Assembly (NCBI GenBank): GCA_902794055.1 | Contig: CADBGC010000008.1 | Span: 1-54,449, forward strand | Direction of reading: 5' to 3' | Length of the DNA stretch: 54,449 bases | Origin: an uncultured Eubacteriales bacterium | Lineage (GTDB): Bacteria; Bacillota; Clostridia; Christensenellales; CAG-138 | Shown here: positions 17,382-27,209 of the stretch, piece by piece | How the letters are laid out: each line of letters opens with the position of its first letter | Numbering within the stretch: position 1 is the first letter of the stretch | Program-made: the position numbers and the translations under genes | The notes under the pieces: generated by a model | Seen by the model: the letters and a program-made list of their open reading frames with translations, nothing else | The model's database searches: none | What the model was told of the DNA's origin: nothing

Positions 17382-17410
17382 ACCCACTCTTCACCGTTCA
17401 TTATTCACTA
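17382..17410 (-). repeat. Heptad-repeat intergenic element, copy 2 (short)
   Basis: Minus strand t AGTGAAT AATGAAC GGTGAAG AGTGGGT, followed by the terminator hairpin. Confidence 0.6.
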
Positions 17411-17414
17411 AAGC

Positions 17415-18545
17415 TTAAACCACTACGCCCTTTCGCAGTATCATCGGATAGCTGTCGTACCCCGCGAGCCTTCTGCCGCCGAGCACCTGACAGCCCTTGT
17501 CGAGCACCATGTAGTCCAGGTCGCAGTTCTGATTGATGACCGATGACTGCATTATTATGCTGTTCTTGATCCTCGAGCCCTTGCCGATGTAAACCCCGCG
17601 GAAGATGATGGAATTCTCCACCTCGCCCTCGATTATGCAGCCGTCCGCCACGATAGAGTTTTTCGCGCTGCCGCCGCCGATGTATCTTGCGGGAACTTCG
17701 TCCTTGACCTTGGTATAGATAGGATGATCGGGGTTGAAAAGATCGCGGGCGACCTCGGGCTTCAAAAGGTTCATATTATGCCTGTAAAACTGCGCAACGG
17801 AGTTCAAACGGGCAACGTAGCCGTCGTACTTCCAGCCGTAGAACTTGAATTTCTGCTGGTTTTTGATGAGCACGCCCTGCATGAAGTCGAATTCGCCGTG
17901 CGCCGCCGCATCCTCAACGAGGTATTCAAGCAGCGTTTTATCCATAACGTAGGCATCACAGCCCGTGAACGGGGTGCTCGGATTGAGCGGGTTGAAGGTC
18001 AGCTCAGTAACGCGGCCGTCCTCGTCCACCTTAAGGCGCAGATCGTCGTACTGCTCGCTACGGTCGAAGTCGTTTCCGCTCTCGTCGCTGTACATTATGG
18101 TTATATCCGCGCCCGTTGCGATGTGCTGCCGGATCATAGCATCGAAATCGGTGTTGTAGATGGTGTGGCTGCCGGTCAGCACCACATAGCGCTGCGAATT
18201 GCGGCGAACGTAGCCGAGCACGGAGCGAATCGCGTCCACCGTGCCGCGGTAAACGCCGGTGTTGTCCTTGGTTACGAACGGGGGAAGGATGAAAAGGCCG
18301 TCGCGCTTTCTGTGCAGATCCCATTCCTTGCCGCTGCCGAGATGATCCATCAGCGAATGGTAGTTTCTTTGAGCGATGAGTCCCACGCTCGAAATGCCCG
18401 AATTCACGATGTTTGAAAGCACGAAGTCAATAGCGCGGTATCTGCCGCCGAATGGCACCGCCGCCACGGAGCGCGAGAAGGTGAGCTCGCGAAGCTGGGC
18501 GTTCGCTTCGCCCGTATAGATAAGACCGAATGCATTGCTGGACAT
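17415..18545 (-). CDS. glgD: Glucose-1-phosphate adenylyltransferase regulatory subunit GlgD
   Basis: A GlgC paralogue that lacks the catalytic GGxGxRL motif. It sits immediately downstream of glgC and has a GGAGG RBS. Confidence 0.9.
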   Translation of the reverse strand: MSSNAFGLIYTGEANAQLRELTFSRSVAAVPFGGRYRAIDFVLSNIVNSGISSVGLIAQRNYHSLMDHLGSGKEWDLHRKRDGLFILPPFVTKDNTGVYRGTVDAIRSVLGYVRRNSQRYVVLTGSHTIYNTDFDAMIRQHIATGADITIMYSDESGNDFDRSEQYDDLRLKVDEDGRVTELTFNPLNPSTPFTGCDAYVMDKTLLEYLVEDAAAHGEFDFMQGVLIKNQQKFKFYGWKYDGYVARLNSVAQFYRHNMNLLKPEVARDLFNPDHPIYTKVKDEVPARYIGGGSAKNSIVADGCIIEGEVENSIIFRGVYIGKGSRIKNSIIMQSSVINQNCDLDYMVLDKGCQVLGGRRLAGYDSYPMILRKGVVV

Positions 18546-18564
18546 AATTCTTCGCCTCCTTCCG

Positions 18565-19791
18565 TTACTTGCCGCAGTTTTCGGGATCGAATCTGATGAC
18601 CTTGCCTGCGGGAACGCGTGCCTTTTCGCAGATGTTCATCGAGTTTGCAACCAGCGTTATATCGCCGGTGAGCTTGTTGTCGTACGGCTCGTCCTCGGGG
18701 AGCTTTTCGCAGCCCACGAGCGCGCCCGTGCCGATCTTTACGTTCTCGCCGATAATGGCTTTTTTAACAACAGCGCCCGCGCCTATGACCGTATTAGGCA
18801 TTATCACCGAATCCTCGATGAGCGCGCCGTGCTCAACGGTAACCCCAGCAAACAGCACGCTTCTTTTAACGCTGCCGTGAACGGCGCAGCCCTCGGTTAT
18901 GAGGCTGTCGTCCACCTCGGAATCCTCGCCCATGTAGTGCGGGGGCATCACGGGGCTCTTTGAATAGATGCGCCATTCGGTGTCGTAAAGATCGAAGCGG
19001 GGCACAACGCCAAGAAGATCCATATTCGCTTCCCAAAGGCTTGAAATGGTGCCTACGTCGCGCCAATAGCCCGAGAACTGCCATGCAAAAACCTTCTGCC
19101 CGCCGTTTATCATCGCGGGGATAACGTTCTTGCCGAAATCGTGCTCGCTCTTTTCGTTTGCGGTGTCGTCCACAAGGTATTTTGTCAGAACGTCCCTGTT
19201 GAAAATGTATATGCCCATCGAAGCCTTGGTGCTCTTGGGCTCCTTGGGCTTCTCCTCAAATTCGATTATCCTGCACGAATCGTCTGTATTCATGATGCCG
19301 AAGCGATGCGCTTCCTCAAGGGGAACGTCCAAAACGGCGATAGTGGCATCGGCGCCCTTTGAGATATGAACCTCGAGCATCTTGGAATAATCCATTTTAT
19401 AGATATGGTCGCCCGAAAGGATCAGAACGTAGTCGGGATCGAACTGCTCTATGAACGGCAGATTCTGATAGATGGCGTTCGCAGTGCCCGAATACCACTC
19501 GCCGCTCTGCTGGCTGACGTATGGGGGGAGCACGAAAACGCCGCCGTTCAGCCTGTCAAGATCCCAGGCTTGGCCGCTTCCGAGATAGGCGTTTAGCGCG
19601 AGCGGCTCGTACTGGGTGAGCACGCCAACGGTGTCTATTCCCGAATTGACGCAGTTTGAAAGCGGAAAATCAATTATGCGATACTTTCCCCCGAAGGGCA
19701 CGGCGGGCTTGGCCATGCTTTTGGTGAGCTCGCCCAAACGGCTGCCCTGACCGCCCGCAAGCAGCATCGCAACTATCTTCTTACCCGGCAT
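18565..19791 (-). CDS. glgC: Glucose-1-phosphate adenylyltransferase
   Basis: [13 protein letters not shown] motif and a left-handed beta-helix C-terminus. GGGAGG RBS. Confidence 0.95.
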   Translation of the reverse strand: MPGKKIVAMLLAGGQGSRLGELTKSMAKPAVPFGGKYRIIDFPLSNCVNSGIDTVGVLTQYEPLALNAYLGSGQAWDLDRLNGGVFVLPPYVSQQSGEWYSGTANAIYQNLPFIEQFDPDYVLILSGDHIYKMDYSKMLEVHISKGADATIAVLDVPLEEAHRFGIMNTDDSCRIIEFEEKPKEPKSTKASMGIYIFNRDVLTKYLVDDTANEKSEHDFGKNVIPAMINGGQKVFAWQFSGYWRDVGTISSLWEANMDLLGVVPRFDLYDTEWRIYSKSPVMPPHYMGEDSEVDDSLITEGCAVHGSVKRSVLFAGVTVEHGALIEDSVIMPNTVIGAGAVVKKAIIGENVKIGTGALVGCEKLPEDEPYDNKLTGDITLVANSMNICEKARVPAGKVIRFDPENCGK

Positions 19792-20114
19792 GAATATACC
19801 TCCCTTAAACAGTGCCGCATGAAACTAAGCGGCATTATCAATATATTTACATTGTACCAAATTTTCGGAAAATCGCAAGGGGTTTTTGCTTATTTGCAAA
19901 AAACCGACTAAAATCGTGGCGTGCCCTCAAGTGCGCAGCACGATGAAAAATGCAATGGCTGCTTATGAAAAATGCAAGGAACACGCAAATATGATTAATG
20001 AAAAAAGGCAAGGCGGGATATTGAAACGGGAGGCGTTCGGTAGTATAATGTATATGTGGAAATTTATGCATACGCAGGCGCATTTGCGCTTTGCCGTGAG
20101 CGGAAAGAAGCTTG

Positions 20115-20957
20115 ATGAGAAGAAACGCTCCGAATAAAAAGCCCCTTATAATAACCGCCGCAGCCGCGGCGCTGCTGCTCGTGCTGGTGATCGTCGGCGC
20201 GGGCGCTTCGCGCGCGAATTTTTTTGAAAACACGCTTGGCTCCGTGCTTGCCCCGGTGCAGCGCACGGCTGCCTCGGTTTTCGATGCAGTGGGAGGCTTC
20301 TTCAGAAACCTTTTCAACACAACGGATGCGGATATTGAAAACGCCAAGCTTAAAAACGAGCTTGCGCTCAAAAACCGCAGCCTTGTTGAAATGGAGGAGC
20401 TTCGCAGGGAAAACGAGCGCCTTCGCGAGCTGCTCGGCTTTGCGCAGTCCGCCGGTATCGAAAACGGCGTTACCGCGCGCATCATCGGAAGGCCCTCGGG
20501 AGTCTATTTCCGCACCTTCACGCTCGGCGCGGGCTCCTCAAGCGGCGTGGACGTGAATATGCCCGTAGTCTGCGCATCCGGGCTCGTGGGCGTGGTCACC
20601 GAGGTCGGCTCAAGCTGGTGCAAGGTAACGGCGGTCGTGGATTCGACCGTTGCCGTGCCGGTGATGGTGGAGCGAACGAGGGATACCTGCATAGCGCACG
20701 GCGTTTTGAACGCATCGGGCGATGAAAACCGAATGGAGCTTCATTATCTTCCGGCGGACAGGCGCGATCTCGTGCCGGGGGACGTGCTGATAACGAGCGG
20801 AATAGGCGGCGTTTACCCCAAGGGGATACGGCTCGGCACCGTTACCGAGGTTATGACGGGCGATAAAAGCTCAATAAACGCCTATATCGCGCCATCGGTG
20901 GATTTTGCGCACCTTGAGGAGCTTCTGATAATAACGGGAGGGGGCGAAAACGGCTGA
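20115..20957 (+). CDS. mreC: Rod shape-determining protein MreC
   Basis: N-terminal TM helix, a coiled coil (ENAKLKNELALKNRSLVEMEELRRENERLRELL), and a beta-rich C-terminus. The track start TTG 20112 and the ATG at 20115 are adjacent. Confidence 0.85.
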   Translation: MRRNAPNKKPLIITAAAAALLLVLVIVGAGASRANFFENTLGSVLAPVQRTAASVFDAVGGFFRNLFNTTDADIENAKLKNELALKNRSLVEMEELRRENERLRELLGFAQSAGIENGVTARIIGRPSGVYFRTFTLGAGSSSGVDVNMPVVCASGLVGVVTEVGSSWCKVTAVVDSTVAVPVMVERTRDTCIAHGVLNASGDENRMELHYLPADRRDLVPGDVLITSGIGGVYPKGIRLGTVTEVMTGDKSSINAYIAPSVDFAHLEELLIITGGGENG

Positions 20958-21469
20958 TGAGAAAGCTATTGCTCGCTCTGAGCATCCTTGCCGCCGTGTT
21001 GCTCGACTACCTGATATTCCCGGGGCTCGGGCTCTCGAGGGTCGCGCCGGATGCGCTCATCGCGCTGCTCGTTTCATTGAGCGTTTTAACGGGGCTGCTT
21101 CCCGCCGCGCCGATAGCCGTTGTATTGGGTATTTTGCTCGATATCGGCTTCAACCGCTTCATAGGCATGAGCGCAATACCGCTGTTCATTTCCGCGCTCG
21201 CAGGCTCCGTGTTCTACGGCCGCTTTTATGCCGATAATATCGTGATCCCCGCAGTGACCGCAGCTGTTGCCGCGTTTTTGAAGGAGCTGTTTCTTTTTGC
21301 CGTGCTGCTGCTTTCGGGTGGAAAGACCTCGGGCTATTTCGCGCTCTTCGCGCTGCACATGCTGCCCGCTTCGCTCCTCACGGGCGCACTTTGCGCGCTC
21401 ATCCGTCTTTTGTTTAAAAACTACCTGCTCCGCTCATCGTTCAGGCTGGATATAGACTATCTCAGATAA
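20957..21469 (+). CDS. mreD: Rod shape-determining protein MreD
   Basis: Polytopic 170-aa membrane protein with a TGATG overlap with mreC. Confidence 0.8.
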   Translation: MRKLLLALSILAAVLLDYLIFPGLGLSRVAPDALIALLVSLSVLTGLLPAAPIAVVLGILLDIGFNRFIGMSAIPLFISALAGSVFYGRFYADNIVIPAVTAAVAAFLKELFLFAVLLLSGGKTSGYFALFALHMLPASLLTGALCALIRLLFKNYLLRSSFRLDIDYLR

Positions 21470-21517
21470 GCGGTGCGGCTGCTATAGGGAGCTCCGAACG
21501 GAGAAAATACCGATACG

Positions 21518-24031
21518 ATGCAGAAAAAACCGATCTTCAGGCTCATAGTGCTCATGCTGGTGCTCGTTATGATGGCGGCGCTTCTTGTGAATGCGCTCTA
21601 CGATCTCACCGTCGTTCACGGCGATGAGTATTATAACGTGGCCAAAAACGAATCGCTCAACACCATCAAGACAAAGGGCAGGCGCGGCGCCATACTCGAT
21701 CGAAACGGCCTCGTGCTCGCCTACGATGAGACCTGCTTCAACGTTTGCTTCATGCGCGACGGCAACAACCGCTCGGATTACGACAGCGCGGTGTATACCG
21801 ATGCGCTGATAAGGGCGATCGGCATAATCAACGGCGGCGGCATGAAAACCATCGACACATCCTATATTCGGATGGATGAAAACGGCGAATATTACTACGA
21901 TTTCGGCAGTCAAAACGAAAAGACCATAAAATCGCGCTATAAGAATTTCTGCAATGCCTGCGGCTTCCACATGAAGGACCCCGATGATATGAGCACATGG
22001 ATCAGCGCCGAGGACGCCTATCTTGAGCTGCGCGAGGCGTGGTTCGTTCCCGAGGAGATGCCGTTCTCCGAGGCGGTCAAGATAATCTCCGTGCGCCAGG
22101 ACGTGCTTTTAAACGACTACCGAAGCTATGAGCCCGTTATAATCGCGGCGGACGTGAGCGAGGATATAGTTGCAAAGCTCGAGATGGAGCAGCTTGCGGG
22201 CATCGAAACGCGCATAAGCACGAGGCGCGTGTATCCCTACGGCTCCACGGCGGCGCATATACTCGGCTACTGCCAGAGGATGACCGAGGAAAACGCGGAA
22301 GCCTATCTTGCGCTCGGCTACGGCTATGACGACCGCATCGGCGTTTCGGGTATCGAGGCCACGATGGAGAGCTATCTCACGGGCTGCACGAGCGATAAGC
22401 AGGGCAGCACCATTATAAAAACGAACGCGAATAAGTCCGTTATCGAGGTCATCTCCGTTGAGCCCGCAACGGACGGCGGCGACGTTACGCTCACCATCGA
22501 TCTTCCAATGCAGATGGCGGCCGAGGCCGCACTCGAGGAAGTTATAAAGCGCATCTATGAAAAGCAGATCGATAGGATAGACCCAGACGGCGACGGAAGA
22601 TACGACGATAAATACGCTGAATACGACAGCTTGGAGCTCGCAAAAACGGGAGCTATAGTGGTTATGAACGTCAACACGGGCGAGGTGCTCGCCATGGCGT
22701 CGTACCCGTCGTTCGATCCGAACTGGTTCGTCAAGGGGCTCACAAAGGAGCAGGCGGAATACCTCTACAACAGCGAGGAAGCGAGCAAAACCACCCCCAC
22801 GCGCAACAAGGCCATCTCCATGAAGCTGGCTCCGGGCTCGATCTTCAAGATGTGCACGGGTATCGCAGGGCTTCTTGAGGGCGCGGTTGGTATAGACGAG
22901 CGCATAGACGATGAATCGCCGTACTACGTCAAGGATCCCGACACGGGCGAGGTCATCAACCAAAACCCCGTAAAGTGCTGGACATCCCATCCCGAGCGCC
23001 ACGCGGCTCAGACCGTTGTGGAGGCGCTCAAAAACTCCTGCAACTACTATTTCTGCGAGGTAGCAAGCCGAATCGGCATTAATTCGCTCGCGAAATGGGC
23101 AAAAAGGCTCGGCCTTGCGGATAAAACGGGCGTGGAGCTGACGGGCGAAGCCGTGGGCATAATCGGCGGTCAGAGCGCGCTCTACGACAATACTCGCGAC
23201 TACGACAAGCAGGACACGAGCCTGCCCGTGCTCATCCACCGCGCGCTCGTGACGAGGCTTCGCGGCTATCAGGAGTCCAGGGGCGTTGAATCGAGTGACG
23301 AGGCGTATTCCCGCTGCGCCGAAAGGCTTATGCAGCTTCAGGACGGCTCGCTCGCGGGCAAGGGTGCGGACGTTCGCAGGATACTGAGCGAGGAGCTCGG
23401 CATACCGGACGGCATCTCGCGCTCCACGAATTGGGTAAGCGAGATAATGTCGCTGCTCAATGAGATCCAATGGAAACCGACTCTCACCATACGAACCGGC
23501 ATCGGGCAGAGCATCATGCTCGTAACGCCCATCGCCGCGGTGCGCTACGCATCCGCCATCGCAAACGGCGGCACGGTTTACGATGCGCATATCGTCAAGA
23601 GCGCGGTATCCTCCAAGGGCGAGACTCTGCTCTCGGTGGAGCCCACGGTTTTCGATCATATCGACGCGCCCGAGGAATACTGGGAGGCCATCAAAAAGGG
23701 CATGGCTGAGGTCGTTTCGCCGGAGGACGGCGGCACGGCGGGCGAAGCGTTCGGCGAGGAATTCGCCGAAAAGGGCTATCTTTCGCGCATAAGCGGCAAG
23801 ACCGGCTCCGCGCAGGTCGGAAACGTTACGGTGGACGTTCAGAACACCGGCTGGTTCGTGGCCTTCGCTCCGAACGACGATCCCGATATCGCGGTCTGCG
23901 TGTGCATCCCGAACGGCTACTCCGGCTCGAGCACCGCGGGCGCTATCGAGGACGTTCTGACCTATTACTTCAGCAAGCTCGAGGCAAGGAGCCCCGAGAC
24001 CCTGGCCGAGCCGGACTCGGTGCTGCCTTAA
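21518..24031 (+). CDS. mrdA: Penicillin-binding protein 2 (class B transpeptidase), 837 aa
   Basis: Carries SxxK (GSIFK), SxN (NSCN) and KTG (GKTGSA). It follows mreCD. The 707-aa antisense ORF is rejected. Confidence 0.9.
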   Translation: MQKKPIFRLIVLMLVLVMMAALLVNALYDLTVVHGDEYYNVAKNESLNTIKTKGRRGAILDRNGLVLAYDETCFNVCFMRDGNNRSDYDSAVYTDALIRAIGIINGGGMKTIDTSYIRMDENGEYYYDFGSQNEKTIKSRYKNFCNACGFHMKDPDDMSTWISAEDAYLELREAWFVPEEMPFSEAVKIISVRQDVLLNDYRSYEPVIIAADVSEDIVAKLEMEQLAGIETRISTRRVYPYGSTAAHILGYCQRMTEENAEAYLALGYGYDDRIGVSGIEATMESYLTGCTSDKQGSTIIKTNANKSVIEVISVEPATDGGDVTLTIDLPMQMAAEAALEEVIKRIYEKQIDRIDPDGDGRYDDKYAEYDSLELAKTGAIVVMNVNTGEVLAMASYPSFDPNWFVKGLTKEQAEYLYNSEEASKTTPTRNKAISMKLAPGSIFKMCTGIAGLLEGAVGIDERIDDESPYYVKDPDTGEVINQNPVKCWTSHPERHAAQTVVEALKNSCNYYFCEVASRIGINSLAKWAKRLGLADKTGVELTGEAVGIIGGQSALYDNTRDYDKQDTSLPVLIHRALVTRLRGYQESRGVESSDEAYSRCAERLMQLQDGSLAGKGADVRRILSEELGIPDGISRSTNWVSEIMSLLNEIQWKPTLTIRTGIGQSIMLVTPIAAVRYASAIANGGTVYDAHIVKSAVSSKGETLLSVEPTVFDHIDAPEEYWEAIKKGMAEVVSPEDGGTAGEAFGEEFAEKGYLSRISGKTGSAQVGNVTVDVQNTGWFVAFAPNDDPDIAVCVCIPNGYSGSSTAGAIEDVLTYYFSKLEARSPETLAEPDSVLP

Positions 24032-24037
24032 AGGGTT

Positions 24038-24081
24038 TAGTGAATAATGAATAGTGAAGAGTGAAGAGTGAATAGTTGAGG
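24038..24081 (+). repeat. Heptad-repeat intergenic element, copy 3
   Basis: t AGTGAAT AATGAAT AGTGAAG AGTGAAG AGTGAAT AGTTGAGG. It starts 7 nt after the mrdA stop codon. Confidence 0.7.
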
Positions 24082-24084
24082 TCA

Positions 24085-24116
24085 AGATCCCTGCGGGATC
24101 TTTGGAATTTTGTTTC
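24085..24116 (+). terminator. Rho-independent terminator after mrdA
   Basis: AGATCCC-tgc-GGGATCT followed by TTGGAATTTTGTTT. Confidence 0.7.
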
Positions 24117-24188
24117 GGCTGCGCCGGCTCATTCGTTCGAAGAACAGATCGGCTGCTGCCGAAAAAGTGAATTATGAGGTCTGAAAAC

Positions 24189-24857
24189 ATGATTTCAAAA
24201 TATAAATACTGCCTTTTCGATCTGGACGGCACTCTGACCGACCCCGCACCGGGAATAACCGCTTCGGTGGCCTATGCGCTTGAAAGGTTCGGCATAGAGG
24301 TCTCGGATAGAGCCGAGCTCAATAAATTCATCGGTCCGCCGCTCGTTTATTCCTTTAAAACCTATTACGGCTTTTCGGATGAGCAGGCGAAGCAGGCGGT
24401 AGCTTACTACCGCGAGCGTTTTAGAGCGGGCGGGCTCTATGAAAACGAGATATACCCCGGCATAGCCGAGCTTCTTGAAAATATCAAGGCAGGCGGCGGA
24501 AGGGTCATCCTCGCAACGAGCAAGCCCGAGGAATTTGCCGTGAAGATACTCGAGCATTTCGAAATCCTCAAGTATTTTGAATTCGTTGCCGGAAACACTC
24601 TTGAGGAAACGCGCCCCGAAAAACGGCAGGTCATCGAGCATATCCTTGCGAATTATCCCGATATCTGCGCCGAAAACGCCGTTATGGTGGGCGATAGGGA
24701 ATACGACGTGCTCGCCGCGAAGGAATTTTCGCTGCCGTCCGTCGGTGTGCTCTTCGGCTACGGCTCGCTTGAGGAACTCACGAACGCGGGCGCGGATATG
24801 CTCGCCGAGAGCGTTCCCGCGCTGAGCGCGCTTCTTATCGATGCTCGAGTTGAATAA
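24189..24857 (+). CDS. HAD-IA family hydrolase (phosphoglycolate phosphatase / PpaX-like)
   Basis: Motif I FDLDGTLTD, plus later GDREYD. The ATG at 24189 follows a GAGGT RBS. Confidence 0.8.
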   Translation: MISKYKYCLFDLDGTLTDPAPGITASVAYALERFGIEVSDRAELNKFIGPPLVYSFKTYYGFSDEQAKQAVAYYRERFRAGGLYENEIYPGIAELLENIKAGGGRVILATSKPEEFAVKILEHFEILKYFEFVAGNTLEETRPEKRQVIEHILANYPDICAENAVMVGDREYDVLAAKEFSLPSVGVLFGYGSLEELTNAGADMLAESVPALSALLIDARVE

Positions 24858-24886
24858 ATATTACGTGGAATGAAACGGAGAAGGGC

Positions 24887-26026
24887 TTGAATCCATTTCA
24901 AATTTTAAAAACTGAAGGAAATGCAAGGCGGGGGAGGCTCGCCACCGTTCACGGCGTTATCGAAACGCCGGTTTTTATGAACGTGGGCACGGCGGCGGCG
25001 ATACGCGGCGGCGCGGGCACGATCGATCTTCGCGAGATCGGCTGTCAGGTCGAGCTTTCAAACACCTACCATCTGCATCTTCGCCCGGGCGACGAGCTGA
25101 TAAAGCGTCTTGGCGGTCTGCACCGCTTCATGGATTGGGATAGGCCGATACTCACCGACAGCGGCGGCTTTCAGGTGTTTTCGCTTGCGCACAGAAGGAA
25201 AATAACCGAAAAAGGCGTGCGCTTCTGCTCGTATATCGACGGCAGGATGGTATTCATCGGTCCCGAGGAATCGATGCGCATCCAATCCAACCTCGGCTCG
25301 ACCATCGCGATGGCTTTTGATGAGTGCATCGAAAATCCCGCGCCCTATGCCTACGTTGAAAGGTCGATCGAGCGCACCACGCGCTGGCTCGTTCGCTGCA
25401 AAGCCGAAATGGAGCGCCTCAATGCGCTCGACGATACGATAAATAAGAATCAGATGCTTTTCGGCATCAACCAGGGCGGCATCTTTCCCGATCTGCGCAT
25501 AAGGCACATGCGCGAGATACGCGAGATAGACCTTCCCGGTTTTGCGATAGGCGGGCTATCGGTCGGCGAAACGGCGGAGGAGATGTACGGCATACTGGAT
25601 GCGGTCGTGCCCGAGATGCCGAAGGAAAAGCCGCGCTATCTGATGGGCGTGGGCACCCCGCTGAACATCCTCGAGGGCGTTTATCGCGGCGTGGATTTCT
25701 TCGACTGCGTGCTTCCGCTTCGCAACGCGCAGCACGGCAACGTGTTCACGTGGAACGGCAAGATGCGCCTTCTTGCAGAAAAATACCGTGAGGATATGCG
25801 CCCGATCGATGAAAACTGCGGCTGCCCCGCATGCAGGCATTACGGCAGGGCGTATATCAGGCATCTTCTGAAGGCGGACGAGCGGCTCGGGATGCGGCTC
25901 TGCGTTCTTCATAACCTCTATTTCTACAACGACTTAACAGCGAAGATGCGCGAGGCGCTCGATGCGGGCGAATTCACGGCGTTTTACAATAAATACAGGT
26001 CTATACTCGGCGAATTCGCTCAGTGA
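24887..26026 (+). CDS. tgt: tRNA-guanine transglycosylase (queuine tRNA-ribosyltransferase)
   Basis: Motifs TDSGGFQV and GLSVGE, with the zinc site CGCPACRHY...H. TTG start after GGAGAAGGG. Confidence 0.95.
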   Translation: MNPFQILKTEGNARRGRLATVHGVIETPVFMNVGTAAAIRGGAGTIDLREIGCQVELSNTYHLHLRPGDELIKRLGGLHRFMDWDRPILTDSGGFQVFSLAHRRKITEKGVRFCSYIDGRMVFIGPEESMRIQSNLGSTIAMAFDECIENPAPYAYVERSIERTTRWLVRCKAEMERLNALDDTINKNQMLFGINQGGIFPDLRIRHMREIREIDLPGFAIGGLSVGETAEEMYGILDAVVPEMPKEKPRYLMGVGTPLNILEGVYRGVDFFDCVLPLRNAQHGNVFTWNGKMRLLAEKYREDMRPIDENCGCPACRHYGRAYIRHLLKADERLGMRLCVLHNLYFYNDLTAKMREALDAGEFTAFYNKYRSILGEFAQ

Positions 26027-26067
26027 GCGGTCAAGGCGCATAGAAAATTCCGTGGAGGCAATGGAAA

Positions 26068-26391
26068 ATGGCTTCAAGCAAGGAGTATTTAAGCTTTATT
26101 CTGGAGCAGCTTTCTTTGGTCGATGGCGTGCGCACGCGCGCGATGATGGGGGAATACCTTATCTACGTTCGCGGCACCCTGATCGGCGGCATATATGACG
26201 ACAGCTTTCTGATAAAGCCGGTTTCCGCCGCACTTGAAAGACTGCCGGGCGCCGCTCTTATTGAACCCTATCCCGGCGCGAAAAAGCAGCTTATGGTGGA
26301 TAAGCTCGATGATAAGGTCTTTTTGAAGGAGCTTTTGGAGGCCGTGGCGGATGATATCGGAAGCGCCGGCAGCAAGAAAAAGCGCGGCTAA
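26068..26391 (+). CDS. TfoX N-terminal domain protein
   Basis: 107 aa, MASSKEYLSFILEQL...RAMMGEYLIYVRGTLIGGIYDD. GGAGG RBS. Confidence 0.75.
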   Translation: MASSKEYLSFILEQLSLVDGVRTRAMMGEYLIYVRGTLIGGIYDDSFLIKPVSAALERLPGAALIEPYPGAKKQLMVDKLDDKVFLKELLEAVADDIGSAGSKKKRG

Positions 26392-26486
26392 GCCCGGCAA
26401 GGATGCGTTTTTTCCGCCGAAACCGCCTTCTGAGCGGCTTGTGAACCGCCAATTTAAATTGTATATCGTTTTTTCGATATTTCAGC

Positions 26487-26515
26487 TTGACAAGCACATT
26501 CCATCCTGCTATAAT
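26487..26515 (+). promoter_or_regulatory. Consensus SigA-type promoter of the tRNA-Ser pair
   Basis: TTGACA (26487-26492), a 17-nt spacer, then TATAAT (26510-26515). Confidence 0.75.
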
Positions 26516-26535
26516 ATTACTGTTGCACTGAATAG

Positions 26536-26624
26536 GGAGAGATGTCCGAGTGGTTTATGGAGCCGGTCTTGAAAACCGGTGATGCCGCAAGGCACCGGGG
26601 GTTCGAATCCCTCTCTCTCCGCCA
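26536..26624 (+). tRNA. tRNA-Ser(TGA)
   Basis: GGAGAGATGTCCGAGTGGTTTATGGAGCCGGTCTTGAAAACCGG... with a long variable arm, TTCGAATCC T-loop and CCA encoded. Confidence 0.95.
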
Positions 26625-26630
26625 AAATAT

Positions 26631-26723
26631 GGAGAAGTACCCAAGTGGCTGTAAGGGGCTCCCCTGCTAAGGGAGTAGGCTCTGCGAAGGGGCGCGAGGG
26701 TTCAAATCCCTCCTTCTCCGCCA
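26631..26723 (+). tRNA. tRNA-Ser(GCT)
   Basis: GGAGAAGTACCCAAGTGGCTGTAAGGGGCTCCCCTGCTAAGGGAG... with a long variable arm, TTCAAATCC T-loop and CCA encoded. Confidence 0.95.
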
Positions 26724-26724
26724 A

Positions 26725-26758
26725 AAAGCCCGAAAGTTTAACGCTTTCGGGCTTTTTT
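26725..26758 (+). terminator. Rho-independent terminator
   Basis: AAAGCCCGAAAG-tttaacg-CTTTCGGGCTTT followed by TTT. Confidence 0.8.
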
Positions 26759-27147
26759 GTGTCTTAAACTAATCCCGTCCGCAAATGCTCGCGGGGAGTA
26801 AAAGTTTGATGGAGTTTTGATAAAACGAATTCTATGACTTACATCGGTGCCTACAACGCCTCTTTCGCGTTGCCTACATCTTCGCGGCCCGGATCTTCCT
26901 CTTTAGCTTTGAAATTCAGAGGGATTTGAAGCCCTACGCCGTCCGTCCCGCGGATGATTTTCCGCACTCTCGTTTTTATTTGGCGTTTGGCATCGGGCTT
27001 CAAGCCTGCAGCGGTCAGCGAAGATCAAAAACTTGCCTGATTTAGCATCAAGCCGACTTATCGGAAGCTTCTAACAAACACAACGACCGATATCATGCGC
27101 AATAATTTGCAAAAAAGCAAAAACTAACGGAAGTCTCAACATAATTA

Positions 27148-27176
27148 TTGACAAATCGCTTCAACAAGCCTATAAT
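27148..27176 (+). promoter_or_regulatory. Consensus SigA-type promoter
   Basis: TTGACA (27148-27153), a 17-nt spacer, then TATAAT (27171-27176). Confidence 0.7.
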
Positions 27177-27209
27177 CAAAGCAAATACGAGGCTTTAAGA
27201 GGCGTTAAA

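Noticed and set aside
19847-20485. ORFs in and around the glgC-mreC intergenic region (19847-20485 minus, 19886-20137 plus)
   Set aside because: They have no RBS and overlap the divergent promoter region and the mreC start. One is Ser/Ala-rich low-complexity sequence, and the other has no recognisable features.
22109-24232. 707-aa minus-strand ORF
   Set aside because: It is antisense to the PBP2 gene, which carries SxxK, SxN and KTG. Its translation is Arg/Ala/Leu-rich with no recognisable domain.
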